A stretch of DNA of 64,000 nucleotides from an uncultured bacterium (GTDB taxonomy: Bacteria > Desulfobacterota_D > UBA1144 > Nemesobacterales > UBA2774), in NCBI GenBank assembly GCA_963705505.1, contig CAVPJU010000006.1, forward strand, positions 448,001 to 512,000, read 5' to 3'. The translations under genes and the position numbers were made by a program. Position 1 is the first letter of the stretch. Every line of letters begins with the position of its first letter. The notes beneath the pieces were generated by a model that was not told the origin of the DNA, did no database searches, and worked only from the letters and a program-made list of their open reading frames with translations. Shown piece after piece: positions 29,763 through 40,035 of the stretch.

Positions 29763-29930
29763 TACACTAAAACATAAAAACCGAGGATTGAAGCAATAAC
29801 TCGTTATGACAGAAGCCGACCCTCATTTGTGTCACCGTATATCTATCTTTTTTAAATTCCCAGCCTTTAAAACAGATTTTTTTATCAGGAACATTCGACT
29901 AAATAAGTCAGCTTCCGGGATTTAATCAGC

Positions 29931-30914
29931 ATGATAAATGAACTGAGCGCTCTTCGTCTCATCGAAGAGCAGTTTCATGGCGCAGCGAAATGCGTTGAGG
30001 TAGGAATTGGCGACGACGCAGCGGCTTTAAAGGTCGCACCGGGGAAGCTCCTGCTTGCGACGACGGATTGTCAGGTCGAGGACGTCCATTTTCAAAAGTC
30101 CCGTATTTCTCCGAAAGAGCTTGCGAGGAAGTCAGTCGCCGTATCCGTAAGCGATATCGGGGCTATGGGCGGCGTGCCGAAATTCATCCTCGCGTCTCTG
30201 GGGTTTTCCGGGAACGAGGACGAAGGCTATCTAATGGAATTGATTAACGGGTTCAGGTCCTCTGAAGAAGAGTTCGGAGTGAAGCTTGTGGGGGGGAATC
30301 TGAGCGCGTCCGATAAACTCTTTCTGGACGTCACGGCGCTCGGCGAGGTAGAGCCTGAGAAACTGCTCAGGAGGAGCGGGGCTCAGCCGGGGGACATTAT
30401 ATACGTGAGCGGCACGCTCGGGGACTCCGCGCTCGGACTGAGACTGCTCATGGACGAAAAGAGGTCCGGGGAAGACGCTTATTTGATCGACAGGCACATA
30501 CGTCCGCGTCCGCAGCTCTCTTTAGGAAGAAAACTCGCCGAGAGCGGGCTCGTCACTTCTATGATAGACGTGAGCGACGGTCTGCTTCTTGACCTCGAGC
30601 GGATAACTTTACAGCAGGGCGTGGGAGGAAGGGTTCTATTAAACCAAATTCCTCTCTCTCCCGAGTATTGTGAATATATTATGGATTACACCGGAGATTT
30701 TTTTGAATTGGCTTTGAGCGGCGGAGAGGATTACGAGCTCCTTTTTACCTCAGCCCCTGCAAAGAAAGCGGAGGTTCGGGAACTCTCCGGCGGTCTCAAG
30801 ATAAACATAACGGAAATCGGAGAGGTCGTGCCCGGGGAGACGCTCACGGTCCTCGATTCAAGCGGAAAGGAAATAAGTTTAACCAGGAAGGGTTTTATTC
30901 ACTTCGGCAATTAA
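29931..30914 (+). CDS. thiL: Thiamine-monophosphate kinase
   Basis: GIGDDAA, VSDIGAMGG, MIDVSDGL, ALSGGEDYELLFT. Confidence 0.95.
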   Translation: MINELSALRLIEEQFHGAAKCVEVGIGDDAAALKVAPGKLLLATTDCQVEDVHFQKSRISPKELARKSVAVSVSDIGAMGGVPKFILASLGFSGNEDEGYLMELINGFRSSEEEFGVKLVGGNLSASDKLFLDVTALGEVEPEKLLRRSGAQPGDIIYVSGTLGDSALGLRLLMDEKRSGEDAYLIDRHIRPRPQLSLGRKLAESGLVTSMIDVSDGLLLDLERITLQQGVGGRVLLNQIPLSPEYCEYIMDYTGDFFELALSGGEDYELLFTSAPAKKAEVRELSGGLKINITEIGEVVPGETLTVLDSSGKEISLTRKGFIHFGN

Positions 30915-32258
30915 ATGGACGACGCAGCTTTAACTTATAACCTTTTATTAATCGTGCTGCTTCTTCTTCTGGCGGGCTTTTTCAGCGCGTCCGAGGGAGC
31001 GCTTTTTTCATTGGTCAGGCATCAGCGCGAGAGGCTCAAGAAGGAAGGGCGAAAGAGCGCGAGACTCATTGAGAAGCTCCTTCACGAACCGTATAAACTT
31101 ATTATAACGATTCTTTTTGCCGACGAAGTAGTCAATGTCGCCTATACGCTTGTAATAGGACTGACGGTCAATAAGCTGCTCGGGGGTTTTTCCGAGCAGT
31201 CGATAACCCTGATTTCGATAGCGATCGCGTCCCCGAGCCTGCTCCTTCTCGGGGAGATAGGCCCCAAGACCCTCGGTGTTAAGTATCCGCGAATAATTGC
31301 GGGGATAGTCTCTTATCCTCTCCATATATTCCACATTGTGATAACGCCGGTCAGATGGGTGCTCGTCATTCTGTCGATCGGGTTCACACGGCTTCTGGGC
31401 GGAAAGATCGAATACGAGCATAGCAAGGAGTTTACGCCCGAGGAGGTCAAGGTTCTGGTGGGGCTAGGGAGCGAGGAAGGCGTAATAACCGACATAGAGA
31501 AAAAGCTTGTAAGCAACCTCTTCAGGCTGGAAGAGGTGCCGGCGTACAAAATCATGACTCCCTCCATCGACTGCTTTTTACTGCCTGTAAATATTTCGCG
31601 CAAGGACGCTATTTATGAAATAAAGAAAAGGGGATTTTCGAGGACGCCGGTTTATGAAGGCGATAAGGACAATATTGTGGGCGTCCTTTATGCAAAAGAC
31701 CTCCTGTCATGCGACCTGTCGGATGATGTGACATTGAGGAGCATCCTGAAGCCTCCGTATTTTATTCCGAGGACGAAGATGGCGTTCGATCTCCTCAAAG
31801 AGCTTCAGCATGAGCGGAAACACATAGCGATCGTCGTGGACGAGTACGGCCGTTTCGACGGCATAGTGACGATGGAGGACATACTCGAAGAGCTTTTCGG
31901 TGAGATCGAAGATGAAAGAAGGGTGGTAAAAAAGCCTCAAGTCAGGTGGGAGGGCGAGTCTCTGGTAATTCCGGGCGGTATGAAGATAGAAGAATTTAAT
32001 GATACTTTTCTTTTTACCGTTCTCAGGTTCGGCGGTCTCGAAAACCTGGGGGAGGACCTCGAACAGTCGATACTCCCTGCGCAGGAGGACCATGAGACGG
32101 TCGCGGGATTTATTTTCGATATATTCGGCAAGTTCCCTAACGAGGGGGACAGCGTTTCATACGGCAGCCTCGTTTTCCTCGTTAACCGGATCTCAGGTAA
32201 AAGGATAACGGAAATAAAGGTTCAAAGAATGAGGGAGGAGGTGGCCGTTGTCGCTTGA
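30915..32258 (+). CDS. CNNM/CBS/CorC-domain (hemolysin-family) membrane protein
   Basis: FFSASEGALFSL, GEIGPK, FSRTPVY, VVDEYG, EDILEELFGEIEDE. Confidence 0.9.
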   Translation: MDDAALTYNLLLIVLLLLLAGFFSASEGALFSLVRHQRERLKKEGRKSARLIEKLLHEPYKLIITILFADEVVNVAYTLVIGLTVNKLLGGFSEQSITLISIAIASPSLLLLGEIGPKTLGVKYPRIIAGIVSYPLHIFHIVITPVRWVLVILSIGFTRLLGGKIEYEHSKEFTPEEVKVLVGLGSEEGVITDIEKKLVSNLFRLEEVPAYKIMTPSIDCFLLPVNISRKDAIYEIKKRGFSRTPVYEGDKDNIVGVLYAKDLLSCDLSDDVTLRSILKPPYFIPRTKMAFDLLKELQHERKHIAIVVDEYGRFDGIVTMEDILEELFGEIEDERRVVKKPQVRWEGESLVIPGGMKIEEFNDTFLFTVLRFGGLENLGEDLEQSILPAQEDHETVAGFIFDIFGKFPNEGDSVSYGSLVFLVNRISGKRITEIKVQRMREEVAVVA

Positions 32259-33480
32259 GCTCGTAATCGCGATAATAATTCTGTCACTCCTCATTCAGGG
32301 ATTTTTTGCCGGCGCTGAAATCGCGCTCATTTCCTGCGACAAGGTAAAAATTAAAGTGCTCGCCGATCAGGGTTCTAAAAGCGCGAAGCTCGTAATGGGC
32401 GCGTTTTCCGAGATAGAGCGTTTTATAAGCACGACTCTTGTAGCGATAAACCTGTCGCTGATAACGAGCACGGTGATAATGACCTTTTACATTCATCATA
32501 AATTTGGGGGCGGTAAGGAATACTATACCGTCCTTATCCTCTCGCCTCTTATAGTCATATTCGGACAGGTGGTACCCAAGGCCGTATTCCAGAAAAAAAG
32601 GGATACTATCGTTCTCTGGTCGATATATCCGCTGTGGCTGGCATCGAAGGTTTTCTATCCTATACTGATTGTAGTTAATGTATTCACCAAGAAAATATTG
32701 ACCCTTATAGGCAGCACGGAAAACACTTTCATCACCAGAGAAGAGCTGATAGACGTGATAGAAGGGGACACGACGGTACCGAAGGTCGATTATAAGGAAA
32801 AGATTATAAGGAGGATATTCAGGTTCTCGGAGACTACTGCAGGCGAGATTATGATCCCGCTCATCCACGTGAGCGCACTCAGCGATGAGGCGAAAGTAGG
32901 CGATGCGGTACGAATGATAAAAGAAACCGGGTACTCGAGGATCCCGATCTACAGCCATCGTGTGGACAATATCACGGGCATGCTGCACTCTTTTTACCTC
33001 CTCGGAGCCGACCCCAATGAAAAGGTGAAGAACTTCGCCCGCACGCCTTTCTACGTGCCCGAATCGAAGCTCGTGGACGAGCTCCTCAATGAAATGAAAG
33101 AGGGGAGAGCCGGCATGGCCGTCGTCGTGGATGAGTACGGGGGCGCTGTCGGCGTTATCGCGCTCGAGGATATACTCGAAGAAGTGGTCGGCGAGATCGA
33201 GGACGAGTACGATAAGGGCATAAAGCTCTGGAGGAAGGTATCGGAAGGGGAGTACCTCATAAATCCGAAAATAGAGATAGACGTGATAAACGATGATCTC
33301 GGTCTCGGCATCCCGGAGAGCGACGATTACGATACCCTTGGCGGTTTCCTTCTTTCGGAGTCGGGCTCAATACCTAAAACGGGCGATAAAATCATACTTA
33401 AGAACTTCTTATTTACTATCACCAAAGCCACGACACGCTCTATCGATGAAGTAAAGCTCTCCATTAAGAAGAAAAAGTAA
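32248..33480 (+). CDS. Second CNNM/CBS/CorC-domain membrane protein
   Basis: FFAGAEIAL, GQVVPK, YSRIPIY, VVDEYGG, EDILEEVVGEIEDEYD. Confidence 0.9.
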   Translation: MSLELVIAIIILSLLIQGFFAGAEIALISCDKVKIKVLADQGSKSAKLVMGAFSEIERFISTTLVAINLSLITSTVIMTFYIHHKFGGGKEYYTVLILSPLIVIFGQVVPKAVFQKKRDTIVLWSIYPLWLASKVFYPILIVVNVFTKKILTLIGSTENTFITREELIDVIEGDTTVPKVDYKEKIIRRIFRFSETTAGEIMIPLIHVSALSDEAKVGDAVRMIKETGYSRIPIYSHRVDNITGMLHSFYLLGADPNEKVKNFARTPFYVPESKLVDELLNEMKEGRAGMAVVVDEYGGAVGVIALEDILEEVVGEIEDEYDKGIKLWRKVSEGEYLINPKIEIDVINDDLGLGIPESDDYDTLGGFLLSESGSIPKTGDKIILKNFLFTITKATTRSIDEVKLSIKKKK

Positions 33481-33498
33481 CTATACACATCCGCGGCG

Positions 33499-33930
33499 TC
33501 ATAGTTCTTTCATATGAGAAAGCAGTCCGGTTTCTTTCTCCCTCATAACCTCTTTTTCTTTCTTCTTCTTGTGATCGTATCCGAGTAAATGCAGTATGCC
33601 GTGAACGAGGAGCTTCTTTATCTCCTCATGGACCGTGTTGCCGTAATTGCCGCTGTGACGTTTTGCGGTATCGAGGGATATGACAATATCGCCCAGGAGT
33701 GAGTGATCGGGCCCTCCGCCCTGGGGGAATGAGAGCACGTCCGTAGCCCGGTCTATATTCCTCCAGACACGGTTGAGCTCTCTCATACTGCGGTCATCGA
33801 TGAATGATATGGAGAGCTCGCTTTCGGAGGGTAGGTCTAGATTTTTAAGGACGGTCCCCGCGATTTTCCTGAGGCGGGTTTTGTAACCGCCCCCGAGCTC
33901 GCCGGTTTCGTCCGAAATCGCGATTTTCAT
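33499..33930 (-). CDS. ybeY: rRNA maturation RNase YbeY
   Basis: TDVLSFP, LGDIVIS, HGILHLLGYDH; start 33930 or 33948 (the longer ORF-track version overlaps hisB). Confidence 0.93.
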   Translation of the reverse strand: MKIAISDETGELGGGYKTRLRKIAGTVLKNLDLPSESELSISFIDDRSMRELNRVWRNIDRATDVLSFPQGGGPDHSLLGDIVISLDTAKRHSGNYGNTVHEEIKKLLVHGILHLLGYDHKKKKEKEVMREKETGLLSHMKEL

Positions 33931-34041
33931 TATCGATATTTTACTCATCCCTGCGGGCTTGTGAAAGCGGGAAGGGGCTTGCTCATCGGAAATAGTCAAC
34001 TTGGAGAGTCCCTTAAATTCTGATATGATTCTTAACCATCT

Positions 34042-34632
34042 ATGAAGCAGAGAAAAGCGAAAGTGGAGAGGGCTACATCGGAAGTAAAGGTAAAGGTGGA
34101 CATAAACCTCGACGGAAAGGGTGTGTTTGAAATAGACACCGGTATCCCGTTTTTTAACCACATGCTCTCCCAGCTCGCAAAACACGGCTATTTCGACCTT
34201 AAGATAAGCGCCCTCGGCGACCTCGACGTGGATTTCCACCACACGGTGGAGGACGTCGGACTTGCGCTCGGGGACGCTTTTCTCAAAGCGCTAGGCGATA
34301 AGAAATCTATCAGAAGGTTCGGAGAGGCTTTCGTCCCGTTCGATGAGACTCTCGCCTTCGCATCGGTCGATCTGAGCGGGAGACCATACCTTGTCTATAA
34401 GGTGAAGGTCCCCAAAAGCAAGGTCGGGGAATTCGACCTCGAGCTCGGAGAGGAATTCTTCAAGTCCTTTTCGAACACCCTCATGTGCAACCTCCATATT
34501 GAGCTCAAATACGGCGACAACCTGCACCACATGATAGAGGCGATATTCAAGGCCGTCGGCCGGGCCCTCGACATCGCCACGAGGATCGACCCCAGATCGG
34601 GCGATATCCCTTCCACGAAAGGAAAACTCTGA
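34042..34632 (+). CDS. hisB: Imidazoleglycerol-phosphate dehydratase
   Basis: TGIPFFNHML, DFHHTVED, NLHHMIEAIFKA, PSTKG. Confidence 0.97.
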   Translation: MKQRKAKVERATSEVKVKVDINLDGKGVFEIDTGIPFFNHMLSQLAKHGYFDLKISALGDLDVDFHHTVEDVGLALGDAFLKALGDKKSIRRFGEAFVPFDETLAFASVDLSGRPYLVYKVKVPKSKVGEFDLELGEEFFKSFSNTLMCNLHIELKYGDNLHHMIEAIFKAVGRALDIATRIDPRSGDIPSTKGKL

Positions 34633-34635
34633 CCC

Positions 34636-35280
34636 ATGATCGCAATCGTCGATTACGGAATGGGGAATTTGAGGAGTGTGAGCAAGGCGTTTCAGAGCCA
34701 GGGTGTACAAGCTGTAGTCACGAAGGAACCAAAAGAAATTTCCCGAGCAAGCGGGCTCGTCCTTCCGGGAGTAGGCGCATTCGGCGATTGTGTTAGGAAC
34801 CTCGGCGAATACGGGTTAACGGCTCCGATAAGGGAATTCATAGATTCCGGAAGGCCGTTTCTGGGTATATGCCTCGGTTTACAGGTGATTTTTGAGGAGA
34901 GCGAGGAGTCTCCGGGCGCCGAAGGGTTAGGGATACTGAAAGGAAAGGTCGTAAGGTTCCCCGAATTTAAAGAGGAAAGATTAAAAGTCCCGCACATGGG
35001 CTGGAACCGGATCGATATCAGAAAGAAAGCTCCCGTGCTTGAAGGGATCCCCGACGGCAGCTGGTTCTACTTCGTACACTCTTATTACCCGGTGCCCGAA
35101 GACCGGAGCGTAATTGCGATAACGTCTGAGTACGGGATAGAATTCACCGCGGCTGTCGAGAGGGGTAATATCTTCGCATGCCAGTTCCACCCGGAGAAAA
35201 GCAGCACGCACGGCTTGAGGCTGCTCAGGAATTTCGGCGTTCTCTGCGGGGAGAAAATAAGGACCGCAACGCTCAGTTAA
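34636..35280 (+). CDS. hisH: Imidazole glycerol phosphate synthase, glutaminase subunit
   Basis: DYGMGNLRSV, LPGVGAF, GICLGLQ, VPHMGWN, YFVHSY, QFHPEKS. Confidence 0.97.
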   Translation: MIAIVDYGMGNLRSVSKAFQSQGVQAVVTKEPKEISRASGLVLPGVGAFGDCVRNLGEYGLTAPIREFIDSGRPFLGICLGLQVIFEESEESPGAEGLGILKGKVVRFPEFKEERLKVPHMGWNRIDIRKKAPVLEGIPDGSWFYFVHSYYPVPEDRSVIAITSEYGIEFTAAVERGNIFACQFHPEKSSTHGLRLLRNFGVLCGEKIRTATLS

Positions 35281-37381
35281 CAGGATATTTCGTCTCCGTG
35301 CTCCGGGGGGCGGTCGTATCCCTGGGCGCCGCCGAGGCGCTATTCCCGTAAATTGCCTTGTACGCACCGTAGCTTCTTAATATTCTCCTGATGTAATTTC
35401 TTGTTTCCTTGAAAGGGATCTCTTCTATGAACTCGTCCTTGTCTAGCCCGTAAAATTCGGTTTTCCAATCGGCGGCTCTGTTCGGCCCCGCATTGTAACT
35501 CGCAAGCGCAAGCTCGACGTCTCCGTTAAATTCGTCGAGGACCTGCTTTAAATAATAGATCCCCATCTCTATATTTATTCTCGGTATCGTCAGCATTTCC
35601 GTCGTGAACCCGTTTATGCCTATTTGACCGGCCACTGTTCTCGCTGTCGGAGGGATAAGCTGCATGAGGCCGACGGCGTCTGCGGGAGAAACGACGTCCT
35701 TCTGAAATCTGCTCTCTTCCCTTATTATGGAGTAAATCAGGAACTCGTCCACGCCGTACTTTTTAGCGTAGGAGGCTACTATGTCCTTATAACCGCGCGG
35801 GAACGAGAGGGTGTTTGCCTGAGGCAGCCCTATGTCCTGCGCCACCTTTATCGAATTGTAGTAGTCGTCCACCTTCGAATAAAGCAGACTGACCGTGACA
35901 AATTCTTCCTGCGTGTTCGCGAGCGATTCCATCTTTTCGATCTCGAGCCTCGCGTCCTCGGGCAAACCGAGACGAATCAGGATCTCGGCCTTTTCCTTTC
36001 TCGCGGCCGCTGCGGGGTTGAGCGCGTCGGTCTCCGGGCTGATGTTCGAGTATGCGGGGGTGTAGCCCGTTTTCCTCTGCGCGAGGTATGAGTGGTACGT
36101 GGGGGTCGTCATGCCGGCAAGCTCCCTGTACTCCGCCATCGCTTCGTCTGTCCTCCCCTGCTTTTCGAGAGTCCTTGCCTTCCAGTACCTCGCATTGGCG
36201 GCGTTAAAAGCGGATGAGGAGTTAGTGAATGCGGAAAAGGTCGCCAGCGCCTCTCTGAACATACCCTTTCTGTAATAAATCCAGCCGAGGTTCCACGCGC
36301 CGTCCTCGGCGAACTCGTTTTTAGGGTATGTCCTTATGAGGACATCGTATGTCTTTATCGCGTTTTGATAATCGTCGTTTATCTGATAAAGCCTTCCCGA
36401 GTTATAGAGCCCTTCGGGAGCGAGCTCGCTCGAGGGGTATAGAACGTGTATCCGGGTATAGAGGCCCGAGGCTTCCGAGTCGAGGCCCTGCTTTGATTTC
36501 AGCTTTCCCCTCCAGAACAGGGACTCCGGGGAATTGATGCCGCTCAATACGGTTTCGGCCTCGTTTAATCTGCCCGCATTGACCATGGCTATTCCCTTTC
36601 TGGTTCTGTCTTCGGTGCTAAGGGAGGAAACCATTTCATAGTTTTGCGCCGCCGAAGACCATCTCGAGAGGTTAAAGAGCGTGTTGGCTCTCTCCAGGTA
36701 ATCGGATTCCGTCGGGACGAACGGGACGCCCTGAGCTGTGCTGATTTCGAGCGCCTCTTTCTGGGCGCTGTATGAGGATTTCGTTTCGGGGAATTCGACC
36801 CACACCTGTTTATATGTGTTCACCGCGTCCGCATATTTCCCCTGCTTCTCTAGGGCCTGACCGAGGCTCTCCAGATATGATGCCTTTAAATCCCTGTCGC
36901 TTTCCTCGGCATAAAGGGACCTGAATACCCTCTCGGCGTTGGTGTAGTCCCCCGTTTGTGTGTAGATGTTGCCGAGCCTGGAGAGAGTTTTTTTCTTGAC
37001 CCCGCTTTCCGGATATGCGGTGAGCACCCTGTTGAATTGTATCGATGCGTTTGCTAGATCGCCCAGGTTTTCATATCCGGCTCCCTGGTAATAGATCACA
37101 TAGTCTGCTATGAGGGGGAGCTCGTTCTCGACGCCGGTGAGCCTAGTGACGCCTTCCTGAAACTGCCCCAGCTGTATGAAGCAGTAGCCCTTTTTGAACC
37201 TGTCCTCCGGATCGGTTTTTGCCGGGAGGTAAATTTCCGACTGGCAGTTTATCTGGGCCCGGGCTTGTGAATAGAGCGAAAGGACAATAATCAATGCGAT
37301 AAGACATTCAATCGCCGCGTATAATATTCTCGAAGTATTCTCAGATTTACGGGGCCGGTTGTTCGTTGCCGTCTTGAGCAT
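35273..37381 (-). CDS. slt: TPR-containing soluble lytic transglycosylase (Slt-like)
   Basis: TPR repeats; IIREESRF, AVGLMQL, ALASYNAG, IPFKETRNY. Confidence 0.9.
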   Translation of the reverse strand: MLKTATNNRPRKSENTSRILYAAIECLIALIIVLSLYSQARAQINCQSEIYLPAKTDPEDRFKKGYCFIQLGQFQEGVTRLTGVENELPLIADYVIYYQGAGYENLGDLANASIQFNRVLTAYPESGVKKKTLSRLGNIYTQTGDYTNAERVFRSLYAEESDRDLKASYLESLGQALEKQGKYADAVNTYKQVWVEFPETKSSYSAQKEALEISTAQGVPFVPTESDYLERANTLFNLSRWSSAAQNYEMVSSLSTEDRTRKGIAMVNAGRLNEAETVLSGINSPESLFWRGKLKSKQGLDSEASGLYTRIHVLYPSSELAPEGLYNSGRLYQINDDYQNAIKTYDVLIRTYPKNEFAEDGAWNLGWIYYRKGMFREALATFSAFTNSSSAFNAANARYWKARTLEKQGRTDEAMAEYRELAGMTTPTYHSYLAQRKTGYTPAYSNISPETDALNPAAAARKEKAEILIRLGLPEDARLEIEKMESLANTQEEFVTVSLLYSKVDDYYNSIKVAQDIGLPQANTLSFPRGYKDIVASYAKKYGVDEFLIYSIIREESRFQKDVVSPADAVGLMQLIPPTARTVAGQIGINGFTTEMLTIPRINIEMGIYYLKQVLDEFNGDVELALASYNAGPNRAADWKTEFYGLDKDEFIEEIPFKETRNYIRRILRSYGAYKAIYGNSASAAPRDTTAPRSTETKYPVN

Positions 37382-37383
37382 TT

Positions 37384-38196
37384 CTACCTCCCTCTTCTTT
37401 GCGGATCGAGGTAATCCCTCATCCCCTCTCCGAATAGGTTAAATGAAAATGCCGTAATGAAAATAGCGAGGCTCGGGAATACTATCAGATGGGGGAAGGT
37501 CCTGATCCCCTGCCAGCCCGTGCTCGCGAGCGTCCCCCAACTGGACTCGGGAGGGGCTATGCCGAGTCCCAGGAAACTCAGGGTGGATTCGGCGAGTATC
37601 GCATAGGGCACAGAGAAGGTGAGGGTAATTATCAGAGGGCTCAGTATGTTGGGGATTATGTGTATGCCCAATATGCGGGAAGGGGATGCGCCGAGACTCC
37701 TCGCCGACTGAACGAACTCGGCCCCTTTTAGCTGGAGCACACTGCCCCTCACTATCCTCGCCACACGCATCCAAGCAGTCAGGCCGAGCGCCAGCACGAT
37801 TCCCAAAACGCCCCTTCCTATAACGAGGGTTATCAGGACTATGAGCAGGAGATCGGGGAGAGAATAGAATATATCGACGAGTCTCATCATCACCTCGTCT
37901 GTCTTTCCCCCTCTGTACCCGGATACCGCCCCGTACATCGTCCCTATTATAAGCGCTATGAGCGCTGTACCGAGGGCGACCGTGATCGAGACCCTCGAGC
38001 CGTATATCACCCTGCTCAGGAGGTCCCTTCCCTCCTGGTCGGTACCCATAATGTGATTTATCCCGGGCTTTGCAAGGGCGTTCTTAAAGTCGGTGTCGTT
38101 ATATTCATAGGGAGTAACATAAGGCGCTGCGAGGGCGGTTCCTATTATCACGGTGATAATCAGGGAGGTTACGATAAGTTGGACCTTCAGAAGCAA
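37384..38196 (-). CDS. Peptide/nickel ABC transporter permease (OppC/DppC-like)
   Basis: MGTDQEGRDLLSR, EFVQSARSLGAS (EAA loop), ESTLSFLGLG, GEGMRDYLDP. Confidence 0.92.
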   Translation of the reverse strand: MLLKVQLIVTSLIITVIIGTALAAPYVTPYEYNDTDFKNALAKPGINHIMGTDQEGRDLLSRVIYGSRVSITVALGTALIALIIGTMYGAVSGYRGGKTDEVMMRLVDIFYSLPDLLLIVLITLVIGRGVLGIVLALGLTAWMRVARIVRGSVLQLKGAEFVQSARSLGASPSRILGIHIIPNILSPLIITLTFSVPYAILAESTLSFLGLGIAPPESSWGTLASTGWQGIRTFPHLIVFPSLAIFITAFSFNLFGEGMRDYLDPQRRGR

Positions 38197-38309
38197 TGGC
38201 CGCCTGCCTTAATGAGCGGGATTTGGCAAAATTTAAAATCTAACGTCCTGTCATCTAAATAACGAACTGAGTGCTGCTCTTATAGCGGTGGACGCATCAA
38301 AAATGCTGC

Positions 38310-38693
38310 TTACTGTTTGAATTCTGCTTTGCCCATATCGTCCTTATAATACGATGCCCTGACTACGGTTTTTATGCCTCCGCGCACGTTGAAGTCCCCG
38401 GAGACCTCGGCTCTTAACGGTTTGCACGCCTCGACTATATCGTCGAGAATCTTATTCGTGACGTGCTCGTGAAAAGTGCCTACATTGCGGTAGGAAAACA
38501 TATAGAGCTTTAGCGATTTAAGCTCTATGCATAATTTGTCGGGTACGTATTTGATATTGATCGTGCCAAAATCCGGCTGGCCGGTCTTGGGGCAAACACA
38601 CGTAAACTCGGGACAGGTGATGTCAATTTCGTATTCCCTTCCCGGGTATTGATTTTTGAATGTTTCAAGCATTGATGAAGGAGTTTTTCCCAT
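38310..38693 (-). CDS. queF: NADPH-dependent preQ0 reductase
   Basis: PEFTCVCPKTGQPDF, ELKSLKLY, FHE, RGGI. Confidence 0.96.
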   Translation of the reverse strand: MGKTPSSMLETFKNQYPGREYEIDITCPEFTCVCPKTGQPDFGTINIKYVPDKLCIELKSLKLYMFSYRNVGTFHEHVTNKILDDIVEACKPLRAEVSGDFNVRGGIKTVVRASYYKDDMGKAEFKQ

Positions 38694-38703
38694 CTGATAT
38701 TAT

Positions 38704-38883
38704 TTAAGAGTGTACCTCGATTTCTATTTCGTATTCGCCTTTGGATTTTTTTATCCTGTTGTCCTTATATCCCTGCTTAACAAAAATCATCCCTTTTTTA
38801 TAGGCATCTTTTAAAGCCTTTTCCACGCTCTTTCTGAGATCTGCTTTATTTTTTGCTCTTACGGTCATAGTTTTAGCCGGCAT
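38704..38883 (-). CDS. Small basic hypothetical protein (59 aa), absent from the ORF track
   Basis: AAAGGAG RBS; MPAKTMTVRAKNKADLRKSVEKALKDAYKKGMIFVKQGYKDNRIKKSKGEYEIEIEVHS; ends 10 nt before queF. Confidence 0.75.
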   Translation of the reverse strand: MPAKTMTVRAKNKADLRKSVEKALKDAYKKGMIFVKQGYKDNRIKKSKGEYEIEIEVHS

Positions 38884-38994
38884 TCGTTAATTCTCCTTTC
38901 CTTAGTATTTCTACAGTTCTATTTTATCAAATAGGCGCCCGCTATCAAGGTACTTGACTGAAAAGGTATAATTATAAATACTTTAACACCCTAC

Positions 38995-39068
38995 TGGGGC
39001 ATAGTATAACGGTAGTACAGTGGACTCTGGATCCATAAGTCTAGGTTCGAATCCTAGTGCCCCAGCCA
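38995..39068 (+). tRNA. tRNA-Gln (anticodon CTG)
   Basis: TGGGGCA/TGCCCCA acceptor stem, GTGGA-CTCTGGA-TCCAT anticodon arm, CTAGG-TTCGAAT-CCTAG T arm, CCA end. Confidence 0.97.
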
Positions 39069-39219
39069 AATCACCGATCATTTCGATTCACGTTAATACA
39101 AATTAGATTATTTCCACTCAGTAGGTGAGAAGGTTCTGCGTTAATTCCGATATAAGATAATTCGGACTCGCCACTAAAACAATTCGTGTAATGGGTATAG
39201 CGGGTGAGGTTTGAAATGT

Positions 39220-39261
39220 AAAAAAAACCGGCGGGCGGCAGGTGCCGCCCTTCGGCTTTTT
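39220..39261. terminator. Rho-independent terminator, possibly bidirectional
   Basis: A8 run, GC-rich stem GGGCGGCA/TGCCGCCC, T run on the other side; lies between convergent tRNA-Gln and OmpA genes. Confidence 0.7.
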
Positions 39262-39336
39262 AATATTCGGAGATAAGGAGGACGTGCCTTCTTCCCGATC
39301 CCCCTCAGGGGAATGTCTTACACGTCTGCCGTAACA

Positions 39337-39885
39337 TCACCGAACTGAAGCGAGCTTCTCCCTTTCGGCGATCGTGTCTAAAGCCGTGAAGTGTACCCTG
39401 CTGTCGAGCCTGACGGTGTCTTTGCTATTGACGAGCTGCATATCGTAAATGTTGCATTTGTTCGCAGTCAAAACCCTTTCAGCGGATACACCCTGGCCGA
39501 TGATATATTCCTTAACGGAATCCGCTCTCCTGGCTCCGAGTGTGCTCGACGACTTTTCGCGTGAGTCGCAATACGACTCTATCACGACATACGTGTCGGG
39601 TTCGTTTTTTAGAACTTCGGCGTTTTCATCGAGGACCGGCTTTGCGTCTTCCCTTATTACATAACTGTTCGCGTCAAAGAAGATGTCTTTAAGTTCGGGA
39701 CTGTAGGGATCGTGAGCCGCAGAACCCAAGAAAGCGCTGTAATCGGATGTTTCTCCTGTGGGTTCGACCCCGCCCGAATCCGCCGGTAAAAACACTGACG
39801 CGGCTGAGCAAATCATGAACATACCCAGTGTGCCGGGCACTAAATGCCTGGAGAATTTGCTTAAATAATTAGTTGCCTTACCCAT
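39337..39885 (-). CDS. OmpA/Pal-like peptidoglycan-binding domain protein
   Basis: DIFFDANSY, IESYCDSR, LGARRADSVKEY; GGAGG RBS. Confidence 0.85.
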   Translation of the reverse strand: MGKATNYLSKFSRHLVPGTLGMFMICSAASVFLPADSGGVEPTGETSDYSAFLGSAAHDPYSPELKDIFFDANSYVIREDAKPVLDENAEVLKNEPDTYVVIESYCDSREKSSSTLGARRADSVKEYIIGQGVSAERVLTANKCNIYDMQLVNSKDTVRLDSRVHFTALDTIAEREKLASVR

Positions 39886-39939
39886 ATTGATTTACCTCCC
39901 GCTTTTGCGCGATTTTCTTATCACTTACCTGATATTAAG

Positions 39940-39955
39940 TGCATTCAGCGTGCCA
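39940..39955 (-). promoter_or_regulatory. Sigma-54 (-24/-12) promoter of the OmpA-like gene
   Basis: Minus strand TGGCACGCTGAATGCA, GG-N10-GC spacing. Confidence 0.75.
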
Positions 39956-40035
39956 TCGGGCGCATTTAAAATAATAAGTGATGTAGGATAGTTACAACAC
40001 CGGATAAGTATTAATCGGGAGGTCCGGGGCTTTTT

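Noticed and set aside
29760..29930. TPP riboswitch upstream of thiL
   Set aside because: Conserved CTGAGA and ACCTGA elements not found
33931..34242. Long N-terminal extension of YbeY from the ORF track
   Set aside because: Overlaps hisB on the opposite strand; a downstream ATG gives a normal-length YbeY
38694..38990. preQ1 riboswitch upstream of queF
   Set aside because: Region is occupied by a small ORF; no recognisable aptamer
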